Under the pieces are notes generated by a model. The model was not told the DNA's origin. It ran no database searches and saw only the letters and a program-made list of their open reading frames with translations. Positions 46,389-59,865 of a stretch of 64,000 nucleotides of DNA are shown one piece after another. The DNA is taken from assembly GCA_964016885.1 (NCBI GenBank), contig CAXHJY010000449.1, positions 1 to 64,000 of the forward strand. Reading direction: 5' to 3'. A program made the translations under genes and the position numbers. The stretch comes from Eledone cirrhosa (Eukaryota). The stretch's first letter is position 1. Each line of letters starts with the position of its first letter.

Positions 46389-46631
46389 AAGCAAAGAAAA
46401 TGTCAATGATACGAAAGATTTCCTGATGGAAGTTCAGGTGTACTCTGGGTTGGTATCCATTTTCGGGGTGAAAATCCAATTAGAAAATCCAACGAATTTA
46501 AACCTTAAGACCCTCTTCCTGCTATATCAAGCGCGTTAACCTAATACATCCCTTCCATATACTGTACCGATTGTGTTATTTTTTCTGTTTTCCTTTTACA
46601 TACATATTTGTGTGTATATATATATATATAC

Positions 46632-46699
<68 letters not shown>

Positions 46700-46731
46700 G
46701 TGTAATGCGTTGGCTTTGATTTTTGTTTCAG

Positions 46732-46874
46732 TATATCAAGATGTGGGCATCAGGTGGTGTGAAAACTCAACCCATACACAGGCCGGATTCCTTCCTTGAA
46801 CGGTTTGCTATGGGTGGGAAAAACATTCATATCGACCCCTGTGAGACGAAACATCGCAAAATATCTGACATTAA
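46732..46874 (+). CDS. CNGA: Exon of a cyclic nucleotide-gated channel alpha subunit (N-terminal region)
   Basis: Acceptor TTGATTTTTGTTTCAG and donor GTAAGT. Reads YIKMWASGGVKTQPIHRPDSFLERFAMGGKNIHIDPCETKHRKISDI; WA..RPDSFLERF matches the CNGA2-type N-terminal motif. Confidence 0.8.
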
Positions 46875-47090
46875 GTAAGTTGACCACCATTTTCTTTTAT
46901 ACAGCGATATATATTGCTATTTCTCTTTCCCGCTCCTATATTATTCCTTTACTCTTTTAACTCTTCCAGCCATCCGGCTGAGGCCAAGTTGGAGCACCGC
47001 CCTTATATGTATATATACAAATATATATATATACATATGGCACGGCCCTTATATAGATAGATAGATAAATATATATGTGTATGTGTGTAT

Positions 47091-47220
47091 AAGTTTATAT
47101 AGAAAAGGCTTCTACAACACTAAAACTGTTTCATTCATGTGAAATCAGCTGGGATGCAGTTCTAGTCCTGTAGAAGCCTTTTCTATATAAACTTCTGTCG
47201 TCACTATGTATTGACTTTAT
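47091..47220. mobile_element. HHR element family A, truncated inverted copy
   Basis: AAGTTTATATAGAAAAGGCTTCTACA..TGTAGAAGCCTTTTCTATATAAACTT. Confidence 0.75.
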
Positions 47221-47244
47221 TTACTCCTCCCTCTCTCTCTCTCT

Positions 47245-47327
<83 letters not shown>

Positions 47328-47331
<4 letters not shown>

Positions 47332-47531
47332 AACGAGTAGGACCCCGACGGCTAAGCTCAAGCCGTTTCGACGGCTGATTCTTTTTTTTTTTTTAGTCCA
47401 GAATTAGCCGTCGAAACGGCTTGAGCTCAGCCGTCGGGGTACTACTCGTTCCTATTACCCACTCTACTACCCTAAGTATTGAGTACTTTGGTGCGTTATG
47501 GTCCATCTGGTCCCTTACCACATTTCCTTCG

Positions 47532-47533
<2 letters not shown>
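47328..47533 (+). mobile_element. HHR element family G, inverted arms plus tail
   Basis: Arms 47328-47381 and 47400-47454. HHR 3' half GAAACGGCT-tgagctc-AGCCGTC with GUC triplet; 5' core is truncated. Confidence 0.75.
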
Positions 47534-47581
<48 letters not shown>

Positions 47582-47816
47582 GAGCGTCAGCTGAAACGTT
47601 CATTGATTGACTTACGAAGGAGTGATGCTAGAGCTGTAAAATCTTGCATGCATTAATTTCAACTTAACTGTATTGTTTCTTTCCAGGGACTATGTCGAAT
47701 AATAAACCTCATTTAGTTATTCCATGAGAGTATCTTGGTCGGCTTAACTTTACAGCCGACTCTCATATATGTGTGTGTGTATGTGGTCTATATACATATA
47801 TATATAGAGGGAGATA

Positions 47817-47847
<31 letters not shown>

Positions 47848-47948
47848 AATATAAGATCAAAAGATGGTTAAAGGAGTTCCATGTATTTTATTATGCGCAT
47901 TTCAAAAACATTGCTTTATTGTACTACAATAAAACTCACCTCCTACAT
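47848..47948. mobile_element. HHR element family C, minimal 100-bp copy
   Basis: Same two termini as the 6929 and 56406 copies; flanked by an ~80-bp direct duplication. Confidence 0.8.
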
Positions 47949-48220
47949 ATATTTATATATATATATATATGTGTGTGTGTATGTGGTCTATATACATATA
48001 TATATAGAGGGAGATATATATGTATATATATATATATATTTATATATATATGTGTGTGTGTGTGCAATTGCCCCACTATGTGGATGTTTTTAATGAAAAT
48101 ACTTGTATTTTTGTATATTTTCTGAAGTCTTTGAAGATACAAGATTGAGCGAAATTAAAAGTCGATATTGAAATCCTTGAGTCGATGTTCAGATTGTATT
48201 ATATAGACACATCTATATCT

Positions 48221-48410
48221 AAGGGCGGTAGATTGGCAGTATCGGTAGAGGGTCGGACGCCATGCTTTCCAGCATAGTTACGTCCCTTTATGATCTGAGT
48301 TCACATCCCGCCGAGGTTGACTTTGCCTTTCATCCTTACGGGGTCGATAAAATAAAGTACCAGTAATGCACTGAGTAATTGCTGGCCTTGTGCCAAATGT
48401 AGAAACAATT
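48221..48410 (+). mobile_element. tRNA-derived SINE family 1, full length
   Basis: TSD ATTATATAGACACATCT. Confidence 0.92.
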
Positions 48411-48673
48411 ATATAGACACATCTCTGTGTTGTAATAATGGAGCTTGAGCGAGGCTTTTGTCGGCTTTCTTATAGAAACATGTGTAAGGAAAATAAAATG
48501 TTCGTCTCGGTTTACTATCCATTGTTGTACATTGTTATACATGTGTCTGAATGTGCGTGCGTATACATATATATATATACACATACATAGAGTATACATA
48601 CAAATGTACATACACATACATACATACATACACACATACACGCATACAAATATACATACATACTTACATGCAT

Positions 48674-48727
<54 letters not shown>

Positions 48728-49694
48728 GTATACAAATATATATATACATACGTATACAAACATACAAATATAGATATACATATGTATATAAACATACAAA
48801 CATATATATACATACGTATACAAACATACAAACATATATACATATGTATAAAAACATACATACATACGTATACAAACATATATATACATACGCATACAAA
48901 CATATATATATATACGTGTACAAACATATATATATATACGCATACAAACATATATATACGCATACAAACATATATATACATACGCATACAAACATATATA
49001 CACATACGTATACAAGCATACAAATATATGTATACATACGTATAGAAACATACAAATACAAACATACAAATATATATATACATACGTATACAAACATACA
49101 AATACAAAAATACAAATATATATATACATACGTATACAAACAAACATATAAACATACGTATACAAACATATATATATATATACATACGTATACAAACATA
49201 CAAATACAAACATACAAATATATATATACATACGTATACAAACATACAAATACAAAAATACAAATATATATATACATACGTATACAAACAAACATAAAAA
49301 CATACGTATACAAACATATATATATATATATATACATACGTATACAAACATACAAATACAAACATACAAATATATATATACATACGTATACAAACAAACA
49401 TATAAACATACGTATACAAACATATATATATATATATACATACGTATACAAACATATATATACATACGTATACAAGCATATATATATATATATATATATA
49501 CAGAGATAGACATGTTTAGCTTATCTCCGCTCATTACTATTTGGTTTCATCAGACAAACACTTTTAACTCTTCAGATACCTCAGAAACGTTAATGTAAGG
49601 ATAAGTGTGACTATTCATAGATATATATTTAGGTTCTAAATTAGATGATAACTCTATTCATTCCTTTCTATCGTCACACACACACAAATGCATG

Positions 49695-49745
<51 letters not shown>

Positions 49746-49816
49746 TAGGAAGAGAGAGAGAGAGAGAGGGAGGAAGGGAGAGAGAGAGAAAGACCACAAA
49801 CCCTCCAGCGCAATTC

Positions 49817-49856
49817 TACTTTTGAAAAGCACAAGAACTGCGAAACCGGTAAAGGA
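49817..49856 (+). ncRNA. Variant hammerhead motif (U3-A8 core)
   Basis: ctt-TTGAAAA-gca/caagaac/tgc-GAAAC-CG-GTA-aag; stem III is palindromic ACCGGT. Confidence 0.55.
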
Positions 49857-49911
49857 ACCAAATAAATATATAAAAAAAAACTCCAGTTGCATTTTCGATT
49901 TCATCATTTTT

Positions 49912-49968
<57 letters not shown>

Positions 49969-49984
49969 TGTATACATATATATA

Positions 49985-50346
49985 TATATACATATATGTA
50001 TACAGACGTACAGTAGTATGTATATATATATACATACATGCACACATATATATATGTACGTATGGATTCACCGAACATTTATTATAATGCTCGGTGTGTT
50101 TGTAAACAGACATCCCGTATTAAGCCGTAGTGTCAAACAAACCCATCGTTGCTCGTTTGTTCAACACTGACAAAGAAACGCTGTACTAGTTTCACGCTTA
50201 TTAGCTATCGTCAGCAACGTATATCTTCCTCACAGATTGTTGAACGTATATACTTACCTTATGCATATTAACGGCTGAGTAGCCCAATTTGCATATCGAG
50301 TGGGTTAATCGGCCGGGTGCACCGAAAACGATAAATGTAAAAAATG

Positions 50347-50349
<3 letters not shown>
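49985..50349 (-). mobile_element. Retrozyme-like family D; HHR 50179-50219
   Basis: Reverse complement acgttg-CTGACGA-tagctaataagcgt-GAAACTAGTA-cagcgt. Confidence 0.85.
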
Positions 50350-50414
<65 letters not shown>

Positions 50415-50826
50415 GAAACGTGTCAGGACCCCGACGGCTGAGCTCCGTTTCGACAGCTAGATCCGAACTAAGCTACCAGTATTGCTGGTAATATTGAGTA
50501 CTCTGGAACGTAATGGTCCACCTGGTATCTTACCACACCCTGCGCCATCATCCACTTTTCTATAAAAACAAATCATACACAAAACGCCAGCACCAACAGT
50601 TTTGCAAGAGATGTCAACATGAATGGACCTGTTATTTTTATCTAAAGACATTTTTTCCAATTCCATCCCGCCCGTCCCTAAATCTATTTTATTTCTCATT
50701 CTTTCTTTTGATGAAAGACTAGCGTCCGAAACGTTAAGACCCTATTCCTGCTATACCAAGCGTTAACCTAATATATACCTTCCATATACTGTACCCATTG
50801 TGTTGCTATTTCTGTTTACCTTTTAC

Positions 50827-50864
<38 letters not shown>

Positions 50865-50884
50865 ATGTACACCACACACATTTC

Positions 50885-51365
50885 CGAAGAAGGGGGTTAG
50901 GTGTAAAAACCAAACTAGCTATCTTCAATTCGGTAGTCGTGCCAACCGTTACCTATAGTCACGAATCTTGGGTAATGACCGAAAGAATACGATCTCAAAT
51001 ACAAGCAGCCGTAATGGGGTTCCTCCTAAATGTCTTTGGAGTAATGTTACTCGAAAGAGTTTGTAGCACGGAGATCAGAGAGTGACTCCGGGTAAAGCCG
51101 CTACTTCTCCGAATTGAGAGATCACAGTGCATGCGGTTAGAATGTCTCAGGAAGGAATCGTTGGACAGATTTTACTGGCAAAACCAACCAGCAAGAAACC
51201 CAGGGGTAAGATCCCGAGCAAGATGGTTGGATAACATGCATGAGCTTGGCTGGTTACACTTGGGGAACCAGCCAGATCAGTTGAAGACGGTTGCTTCTAA
51301 CAAAAACCTGTAGGAAGGAATGTTTGGGGACTCTGCCCACGACCCTCCTAGGAGTAAGTGAGCGA
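50885..51365 (+). mobile_element. RTE-clade LINE 3' fragment (degenerate)
   Basis: KTKLAIFNSVVVPTVTYSHESWVMTERIRSQIQAA..LLLRIERSQ..RARWLD, with a stop and indels. Confidence 0.9.
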
Positions 51366-51388
51366 AGAAGAAAAAGATACACACACAA

Positions 51389-51444
<56 letters not shown>

Positions 51445-51573
51445 CAAGAGATGTCAACATGAAACGTTAAGACCCTCTTCCTGGTATTTCAAGCGTTAAC
51501 CTAATATACCCCTTCCATATACTGTACCGATTGTGTTGTTATTTCTGCTTATCAACAATAGAACACAACACAA

Positions 51574-51714
<141 letters not shown>

Positions 51715-52010
51715 GTCTGTGTATGTATGTATCTATATAAGTAAGAATTATAATATACAAATTCCCCCTGTTTACCTATCCAGGCCTCATATACCTTCAT
51801 AATACGAAATCACATTTAATATATTTCTTCTTGTTACTCTGTAGTTTGCTTTGCTGTTTCCGTTTACTTTATATATATAGTCTTCCTCCTACCCGAACAC
51901 CTGCTTCTCAGTAGATACAAACAAACATTATTAAACTAAACAAATGTTAAGATCTTACATTTATAGCTAATGGATATTTAAATTAACGATAGTATGCCAG
52001 AAATGATTCT

Positions 52011-52122
<112 letters not shown>

Positions 52123-52796
52123 TGCGTGCTAAGCAGTCAGGAAATAACACCTAAGCTCACCAACTAGTATACCGGATGGATAACCAGAATAACTACGTCA
52201 CTAACGATTATGTAATTAATGTACTGTCAGATGAAATAGTGTCTAATTATGACAACAGATGCTATCGAAATACGTATCACAGGATTATGTACTAAATAGA
52301 ATGTGATGAAATTATAATATACTGTCTTCTAATCCATTTTATATGTGTGCGTGTGTAAACAAGCGTTCCACCAACTAAGTAATTTAGGGGACCAATGCAG
52401 TTGTCCTGGCAACATATATATACATATATATATATATATATATGATTCAATAATAATAGTGTTATATTTTCCTATATCAGACAACACTGGTTGAAGTGTG
52501 GACGGCAGAGAAAGGATTTTTTTTTTTAATAGGATTGGTTGTACAATAGTAACTAATTATCCAGAAAGAGAGGGGGCGAGAGTGAGATAGAAAGAAAGAT
52601 AGAGAGAAAGATAGAGAGAAAGGGAGAGAACGAAAGAGAGAGAGAGAGAGACAAAGAGACAGAGACAAAGAGAGAAAGAGAGAGAGAGAGGGTTTTTGAT
52701 ATCAACGTCGTTTATAATACAATTAGCTTTATGGATGACGGCGACAACAACGACAACAATAAAGACAACAATAACAACAACGACAACGACGACAAT

Positions 52797-52837
<41 letters not shown>

Positions 52838-52939
52838 CGACGACGACTACTATAACATCTGTACAAATAACAATAACTAATATGATAACGATTATATCTG
52901 GAACAATAACACCAACGATTGCGTGAGAGAAAGAGAGAG

Positions 52940-53033
<94 letters not shown>

Positions 53034-53101
53034 TAATTATATATACATCTATAAGTGTGTGTAAGTATATATATATACACACACCTGTATGAATGTAAGT
53101 G

Positions 53102-53162
<61 letters not shown>

Positions 53163-53529
53163 ATCATTAAAAAAGCGTGGGAGAAGTATCGGAAACAAAA
53201 CTCGGGTGAGACAAGCACATGGACAATCCCCGCTCTTTAGCCGTCTTCTGTGGATCATTATAGTTTCCGATGCATATGCGTGTGTTCTAAAGGTGTGTGT
53301 CAGTGTTTATAGTGGTGGGTTCTTGACTGTAAGGTCAGGGATTCGATCGCAGAGTCAGGTGAGGCGTTGCATCCTTGAGCAAGAAACTTCATTTCACATT
53401 ACTTCAGCACACTCAGCTTGAAAAAACTAGCTAGAAACGGTTCAGCCTACTCAGTTGGCAAAATTAACTAGAGCAAGGGGCTTAGAAACGTAGGATTCCT
53501 CCCCATAAATCAAGAGTTCAAAATACTGA

Positions 53530-54550
53530 TCTTCCCTGTTCATCCAGTAAACTCTGTTTATTTCCAGAAGTAGAGGGCATTAACTGTTTAAAAACCTAAC
53601 ATCCAGCAGTGACCTCTCTTCACCCACTAAACTGTGTATCTCCAGAAATAGAGGGCATTAACTGTTTGAAAACCTAACATCCAGCAGTGACCTCTCTTCA
53701 CCCACTAAACTGTGTATCTCCAGAAGAAGAGGGCATTAACTGTTTAAAGACCTAACATCCAGCAGTGACCTCTCTTCACCCACTAAACTCTGTATCTCCA
53801 GAAGTAGAGGGCATTAACTGTTTAAACACCTAACATCCAGCAGTGACCTCTCTTCACCCACTAAACTGTGTATCTCCAGAAATAGAGGGCATTAACTGTT
53901 TGAAAACCTAACATCCAGCAGTGACCTCTCTTCACCCACTAAACTGTGTATCTCCAGAAATAGAGGGCATTAACTGTTTGAAAACCTAACATCCAGCAGT
54001 GACCTCTCTTCACCCACTAAACTGTGTATCTCCAGAAGAAGAGGGCATTAACTGTTTAAAGACCTAACATCCAGCAGTGACCTCTCTTCACCCACTAAAC
54101 TCTGTATCTCCAGAAGTAGAGGGCATTAACTATTTAAAAACCTAACATCCAGCAGTGACCTCTCTTCACCCACTAAACTGTGTATCTCCAGAAGTAGAGG
54201 GCATTAACTGTTTAAACACCTAACATCCAGCAGTGACCTCTCTTCACCCACTAAACTGTGTATCTCCAGAAGTAGAGGGCATTAACTGTTTAAAAACCTA
54301 ACATCCAGCAGTGACCTCTCTTCACCCACTAAACTGTGTATCTCCAGAAGTAGAGGACATTAACTGTTTAAAAACCTAACATCCAGCAGTGACCTCTCTT
54401 CACCCACTAAACTCTGTATCTCCAGAAGTAGAGGGCATTAACTGTTTAAAACCCTGACATCCAATACTGACCTCTCTTCACCCGGTAAACTCTGGGTATC
54501 ACCAGAAGTAGAGGGCATTAACTGTTTAAAACCCTGACATCCAGTACTGA
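53530..54550. repeat. 78-bp minisatellite, about 13 copies
   Basis: CATCCAGCAGTGACCTCTCTTCACCCACTAAACTGTGTATCTCCAGAAGTAGAGGGCATTAACTGTTTAAAAACCTAA. Confidence 0.96.
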
Positions 54551-54607
54551 CTGAGTGAACATTTATTTACAGGAGTATTTTATTATTTTACTCCATAAAT
54601 GAACTGT

Positions 54608-55130
54608 TGTGGAGGCGCGTGATCTAGTAGTAAGGGTGTTGGACTTATGATCATAATGCCGTGGTTTCGATTCCTGGGTTGGATTACGTGTTGTGTTCTT
54701 GAGCAAAACACTTCATTTCACGTTGTTCCAGTAAACTCAGCAGGAAATGAGTACCAGCAATTTGGCGGGAAGTTTAATCCTGTGATGGACTAGCATCCTG
54801 TCCAGGGGGTGTCTTGTACTATAAGACGCTTCACACCATGGAGTCATGAGGCGAGTGGTAAACGTATTGGACTTATGGTCATAATGTCGTGGGTTCGATT
54901 CCTGGGCTGAGTTGCGTATTGTGTTCTTGAGCAAAAAACACTTCATTTCACGTTACTCCAGTATACACAGTTGAAAATAAGTGCCAGCAATTGCTGGGGA
55001 GGTTTAACCCTGTGATGGACTGGATCCCTGTCCAGGAGTGGGGAGTCTTGTACTCTCAGTCGCTTGACGTTATGAAACCGGGATAAGCCCCGGCCATAAC
55101 GAACCTTCTGGTTTTAAGACAGACTTTAGA
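54608..55130 (+). mobile_element. Two tandem family-2 SINEs (54608-54840, 54845-55130)
   Basis: A/B-box-like 5' parts and shared CTTGAGCAAAACACTTCATTTCAC and GTGATGGACT..CCTGTCCAGG blocks. A degenerate copy lies at about 53290-53430. Confidence 0.85.
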
Positions 55131-56334
55131 ATCAACTGTTGGTAAGAATCTGACAACCTGCCGTCTTCCCTAGCAAACATTAATCCATTAAGATTCTGTA
55201 TTGATTGTAAAACAACACAGATTTATTCACAACAACAATAATAATAATGATAATAATAATAAATGTCTGCCAAGATGAGAACAGTGAAATACAAGACATT
55301 AGTCAAGACTTAATGGTGTTGGAACGATATCCAAGAATAATTTGGCACCGAATATGTCCAACTCACCAACGCCATCGCCGCCATCAACCAGCATCCCAAA
55401 CAAATGGATTTTAGCTTTAGTTTGTGTCTTCATTGTTTTTGTTGTTGTTGGGATGGTGGTTTTGGTTATTGTTGTTGTTGTGGTGGTGGTGGTAGTTGTG
55501 AAAGTGGTGGTAGTTGTGCAAGTAGTGGTTGTGGTGATAATGGTGGCGGAAGTGGTGGGCTGTTGTGATGGTAGTGGTGGTGGTGGTGGTGATGGATGTA
55601 ATGGTGGCGGTGTTGGTGGGCTGTTGTGATGGTGATTGTGGTGGTGGTAGTAATGGCGGTGGTAGTGGTGATGATGGTGATGGTGGAGATGGATGTAATT
55701 GTGGCGGTGGCGGTGGGCTGTTGTGGCGGTGGTTGTGGTGATGGTGGTGGTGCTGCTATTGGTAGTGGTGGTTGTGTTTTTGTTTCTCATTTGTCCAAAC
55801 AGCACAGTGTTTCAGGAATGCAAATCGAATTTTATTATTTCTTTTTTTTTTTAATTTTTGTTCTATTTTCTGTCGCCATTTTCTTTTCACTCTAATTCAT
55901 CATCGCCGTCGTCATCACTACCATCACCATTACCACCCTCATCACTACAATCACTATCATCACCACCACCACCACTGATACCACAACCATCACCACTACC
56001 ACCCTCATCACTATTATCACCACCACCACCACTGATACCACAACCATCACCACTTCTACCATCACCATGACAACCATCACCACTACCACCCTCATCACTA
56101 TCATCACCACCACCACCACTGATACCACAACCATCACCACTACCACCCTCATCACTATCATCACCACCACCACCACTGATACCACAACCATCACCACTTC
56201 TACCATCACCATGACCATTACCATCATCACCACGACCCAAATCATCAAAATAATCCTCACTACTACCACTACCACAACCAACACCATCATTACCGCTAAC
56301 ACCACTGCTATACCATTACTACCACTATATATAT

Positions 56335-56365
<31 letters not shown>

Positions 56366-56370
56366 CATAT

Positions 56371-56405
<35 letters not shown>

Positions 56406-56413
<8 letters not shown>

Positions 56414-56822
56414 AGATCAAAAGATGGTTAAAGGAGTTCCATGTATTTTATTATGCGCATTTCAAAAACAAACATCATCATGCAATAATATTTGTGTTTT
56501 CATCAGATAAAACAGGAGAACATGATATGAAGGCTAAAAAACACTTGTGGATAGTGCAGTTTTAAATCAACATATGCACTAAAACTGCACTATCCACAAG
56601 TGTTTTTTTAGCCTTCATATCATGTTCTCCTGTTTTATCTTATGAAAACACAAATATTATTGCATGATGATGTTTGTTTTTGAAATGCGCATAATAAAAT
56701 ACATGGAACTCCTTTAACCATCTTTTGATCTTATATTATGTATACTCCAGTCCTACAAACTGTAGAGTGCTTCTTATCCGATATCTGCATTGCTTTATTG
56801 TACTACAATAAAACTCACCTCC

Positions 56823-56827
<5 letters not shown>
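56406..56827 (+). mobile_element. HHR element family C, ~159-bp inverted arms plus 87-bp tail
   Basis: Arms 56406-56564 and 56580-56739. The - arm core CTGATGA is intact; the + arm is mutated to CTTATGA. Confidence 0.85.
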
Positions 56828-56907
<80 letters not shown>

Positions 56908-56913
<6 letters not shown>

Positions 56914-57138
56914 ATACTTGGGGAGGGTCATATTTGTGTAATATTGCCAGAATTAATAACAGAACACACTCACTGTTTGGTTGGTTTTCGCTTCTCGCTG
57001 TCTTTTATATCTGCGATCTAACTTAATCTGTTATTAATTCTGGCAATATTACACAAATATGACCCTCCCCAAGTATAACAATATTTGTTTCGACACACGA
57101 TTTCATATAAAAAACTTCGCTAAACTAATTCATCGCCG

Positions 57139-57140
<2 letters not shown>
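56908..57140. mobile_element. Inverted-arm plus tail element family I
   Basis: Arms 56906-56964 and 57027-57084; sister of 33720-33902. Confidence 0.8.
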
Positions 57141-57203
<63 letters not shown>

Positions 57204-57212
57204 AATATATAT

Positions 57213-57277
<65 letters not shown>

Positions 57278-57297
57278 TATTATAAAGATATATATAT

Positions 57298-57420
57298 ACG
57301 AAAAGTAAACAGAAAACAACAAAGCAAGCAATACAGTACAATAAAACGATATTAGTTTAAATCTTGATATAGTAGGAAAATAATCGTAACATTTCGGACG
57401 CTAGTACTTCTTCAGAGGAT
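57298..57420 (-). mobile_element. Penelope-like 3' end with degenerate HHR (family H)
   Basis: Reverse complement CTGAAGA-agtactagcgtcc-GAAATGTTA. Confidence 0.55.
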
Positions 57421-57479
57421 AGTATGAGAAATAAAACAAATAGGAAAATAAGAGGGCTGTGGGGGACAGAATTCTCACA

Positions 57480-58018
57480 CATTCCTTCCAGCGGGTCCTG
57501 TCAGAAGCAACCCTCTCCAACTGATCCGTCTAGATCCCCAAGCGCGACCAGCCAAGCTCATGGATGTCGATCCAGCCATCTTGCTCGAGGTTTACCCCTG
57601 GGTCTCCTACCGGTTGGTTTTGCCCGTAAAATCTGTCCAGCTATTCTTTCCTGAGACATTCTAACCACAAGCCCATAGTATCGGAGCTGTGATCTCTCAA
57701 TTCGGAGAAGTAGCGGCTCTACCTGGAGTGACTCTCTGATCTCCGAGCTACACACTCTTTCGAGTAACGTTACTCCAAAGACCCTTCGGGGGGACCCCAC
57801 TTTGCCGCGTGTATTCGCGGTCGTATTCTTTCGGTCATTACCCAAGTTTCATGACTATAGTTAAGGGTTGGCACAAATACAGAATTGAAGATAACGAGTT
57901 TGGCTTTTACGCCGACATCACTTCTGATTATTGAATGCTGAAGCTGGTGCAATACTGCACCAGCTCCTGCAATTTTTGAACTCACTTCAGCCTCCTGCCT
58001 TCCATCACTCGTGAACAC
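57480..58018 (-). mobile_element. RTE-clade LINE 3' fragment
   Basis: FTSDGRQEAEVSSKIAGAGAV..KAKLVIFNSVFVPTLNYSHETW..RRPRGKPRARWLD; same family as 50885. Confidence 0.9.
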
Positions 58019-58038
58019 GTATTTCTATGGTCGACAAC

Positions 58039-58160
58039 AGGCGGTGAATTGGCAGAGTCAGGGCGTTGGATTAAATGTTTCTCACTATTAGGTCCGATTC
58101 CCTACATTCCATGTTCAAATCCTGCTGAGGTCAATTTTGCTTTTGATCCTTTCGATTAAT
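58039..58160 (+). mobile_element. Diverged family-1 SINE
   Basis: GGCGGTGAATTGGCAG..GTTCAAATCCTGCTGAGGTCAATTTTGC. Confidence 0.75.
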
Positions 58161-58680
58161 TAATAGGCAGCCCACCACAAAAGAAAAATATTTGTACTGC
58201 TTAAATGACAGCGTAATTAGCATTATAAATCTCTATATACCACAAACACGCCTCAAATCAATTTATATAGAGTGTATTTCAATAGGAATGCAGCAATGAA
58301 ATGGTTAACCCGAAGCTCTTATAGAAGAAAAAAAACTAGCCTTAAGTTTCAATCAGACGGGCAAGGCCGAACCGGAAATGATATAGTTGCGAAGCGACTA
58401 TCTTCACTATACCACAGTATCACGTCCCGGTTATTACCGATCAACATTGAAACTGTTGAAAACACTTGATGTTTAAAACTAATTCCCGCGAGATATATTG
58501 TTAGAGATTTAATTAAACTTTAGCTTCATCTTTTATTTTTCAAGTGTCTTTCACAAGCTTCAGTAAAATTAATCTAAACTAAACTGCTACGTATTTCTTC
58601 AACCTTGTACCGCTTCCAGTCCTGTCAGATTTATGTCTGTTTAACGAGCGACTCAGAACCAAGAAATGTAGCGGCCATTT

Positions 58681-58761
<81 letters not shown>

Positions 58762-59119
58762 CTCTCTCTCTCTCTTGCATTGTGTGTACATCTTTGTTCG
58801 CATGCGTCTTCATATCATAGTGTGTGTGTGTGGGCGTGTAAGTGTATATATGTGTGTGTAAGCGTATGTGTGTGAAGTGTATATATGTATGTGTAAGCGT
58901 ATATTTGTGTGTGTAAGCGTATATCTGTGTGTGTGTGTAAGCGTATATCTGTGTGTGTGTAAGCGTATATCTGTGTATGTGTAAGCGCATATATATGTGT
59001 AAGAGATTATATGTGAGCGTATATGCGTGTATGTATTCGCGTCTGTATGCACATGTCTATGTGTGCATGTATACACACGACTACGTTTATGCGTGTGTAT
59101 ACACGCAGCTATGTGTGCG

Positions 59120-59865
59120 CGCGTGTATGCACGCATCTATGTGTGTGCTTGCATGCACGCATCTATGTTTGTGTATGCACGCATCTATGTGTGTGCTTCC
59201 ATGCACGCATCTATGTGTGTGCTTCCATGCACGCATCTATGTGTGTGCTTCCATGCACGCATCTATGTATGTGTGTGTATGCATGCATCTATGTGTGTGC
59301 TTCCATGCACGCATCTATGTATGTGTGTGTATGCATGCGTCTATGTGTATGCTTCCATGCACGCATCTATGTATGTGTGTGTATGCATGCGTCTATGTGT
59401 GTGCTTCCATGCACGCATCTATGTATGTGTGTGTATGCATGCGTCTATGTGTATGCTTCCATGCACGCATCTATGTGTGTGCTTCCATGCACGCATCTAT
59501 GTGTGTGCTTCCATACACGCATCTATGTATGTGTGTGTATGCATGCGTCTATGTGTGTGCTTGCATGCACGCATCTATGTGTGTGCTTCTATGCACGCAT
59601 CTATGTGTGTGCTTCCATGCACGCATCTATGTATGTGTGTGTATGCACGCATCTATGAGTGTGCTTCCATACACGCATCTATGTGTGTGCTTCCATGCAC
59701 GCATCTATGTATGTGTGTGTATGCATGCGTCTATGTGTGTGCTTGCATGCACGCATCTATGTATGTGCTTCCATGCACGCATCTATGTGTGTGCTATGCA
59801 CGCATCTATGTATGTGTGTGAATGCACGCATCCGAGTATGCTTCCACGCACGCATCTATGTGTAT
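59120..59865. repeat. ~26-bp minisatellite (ATGCACGCATCTATGTGTGTGCTTCC)
   Basis: Tandem units with two alternating variants. Confidence 0.92.

Noticed and set aside
47671-47705. Next CNG exon after acceptor-like TTTCTTTCCAG
   Set aside because: The required frame hits TAA after four codons.
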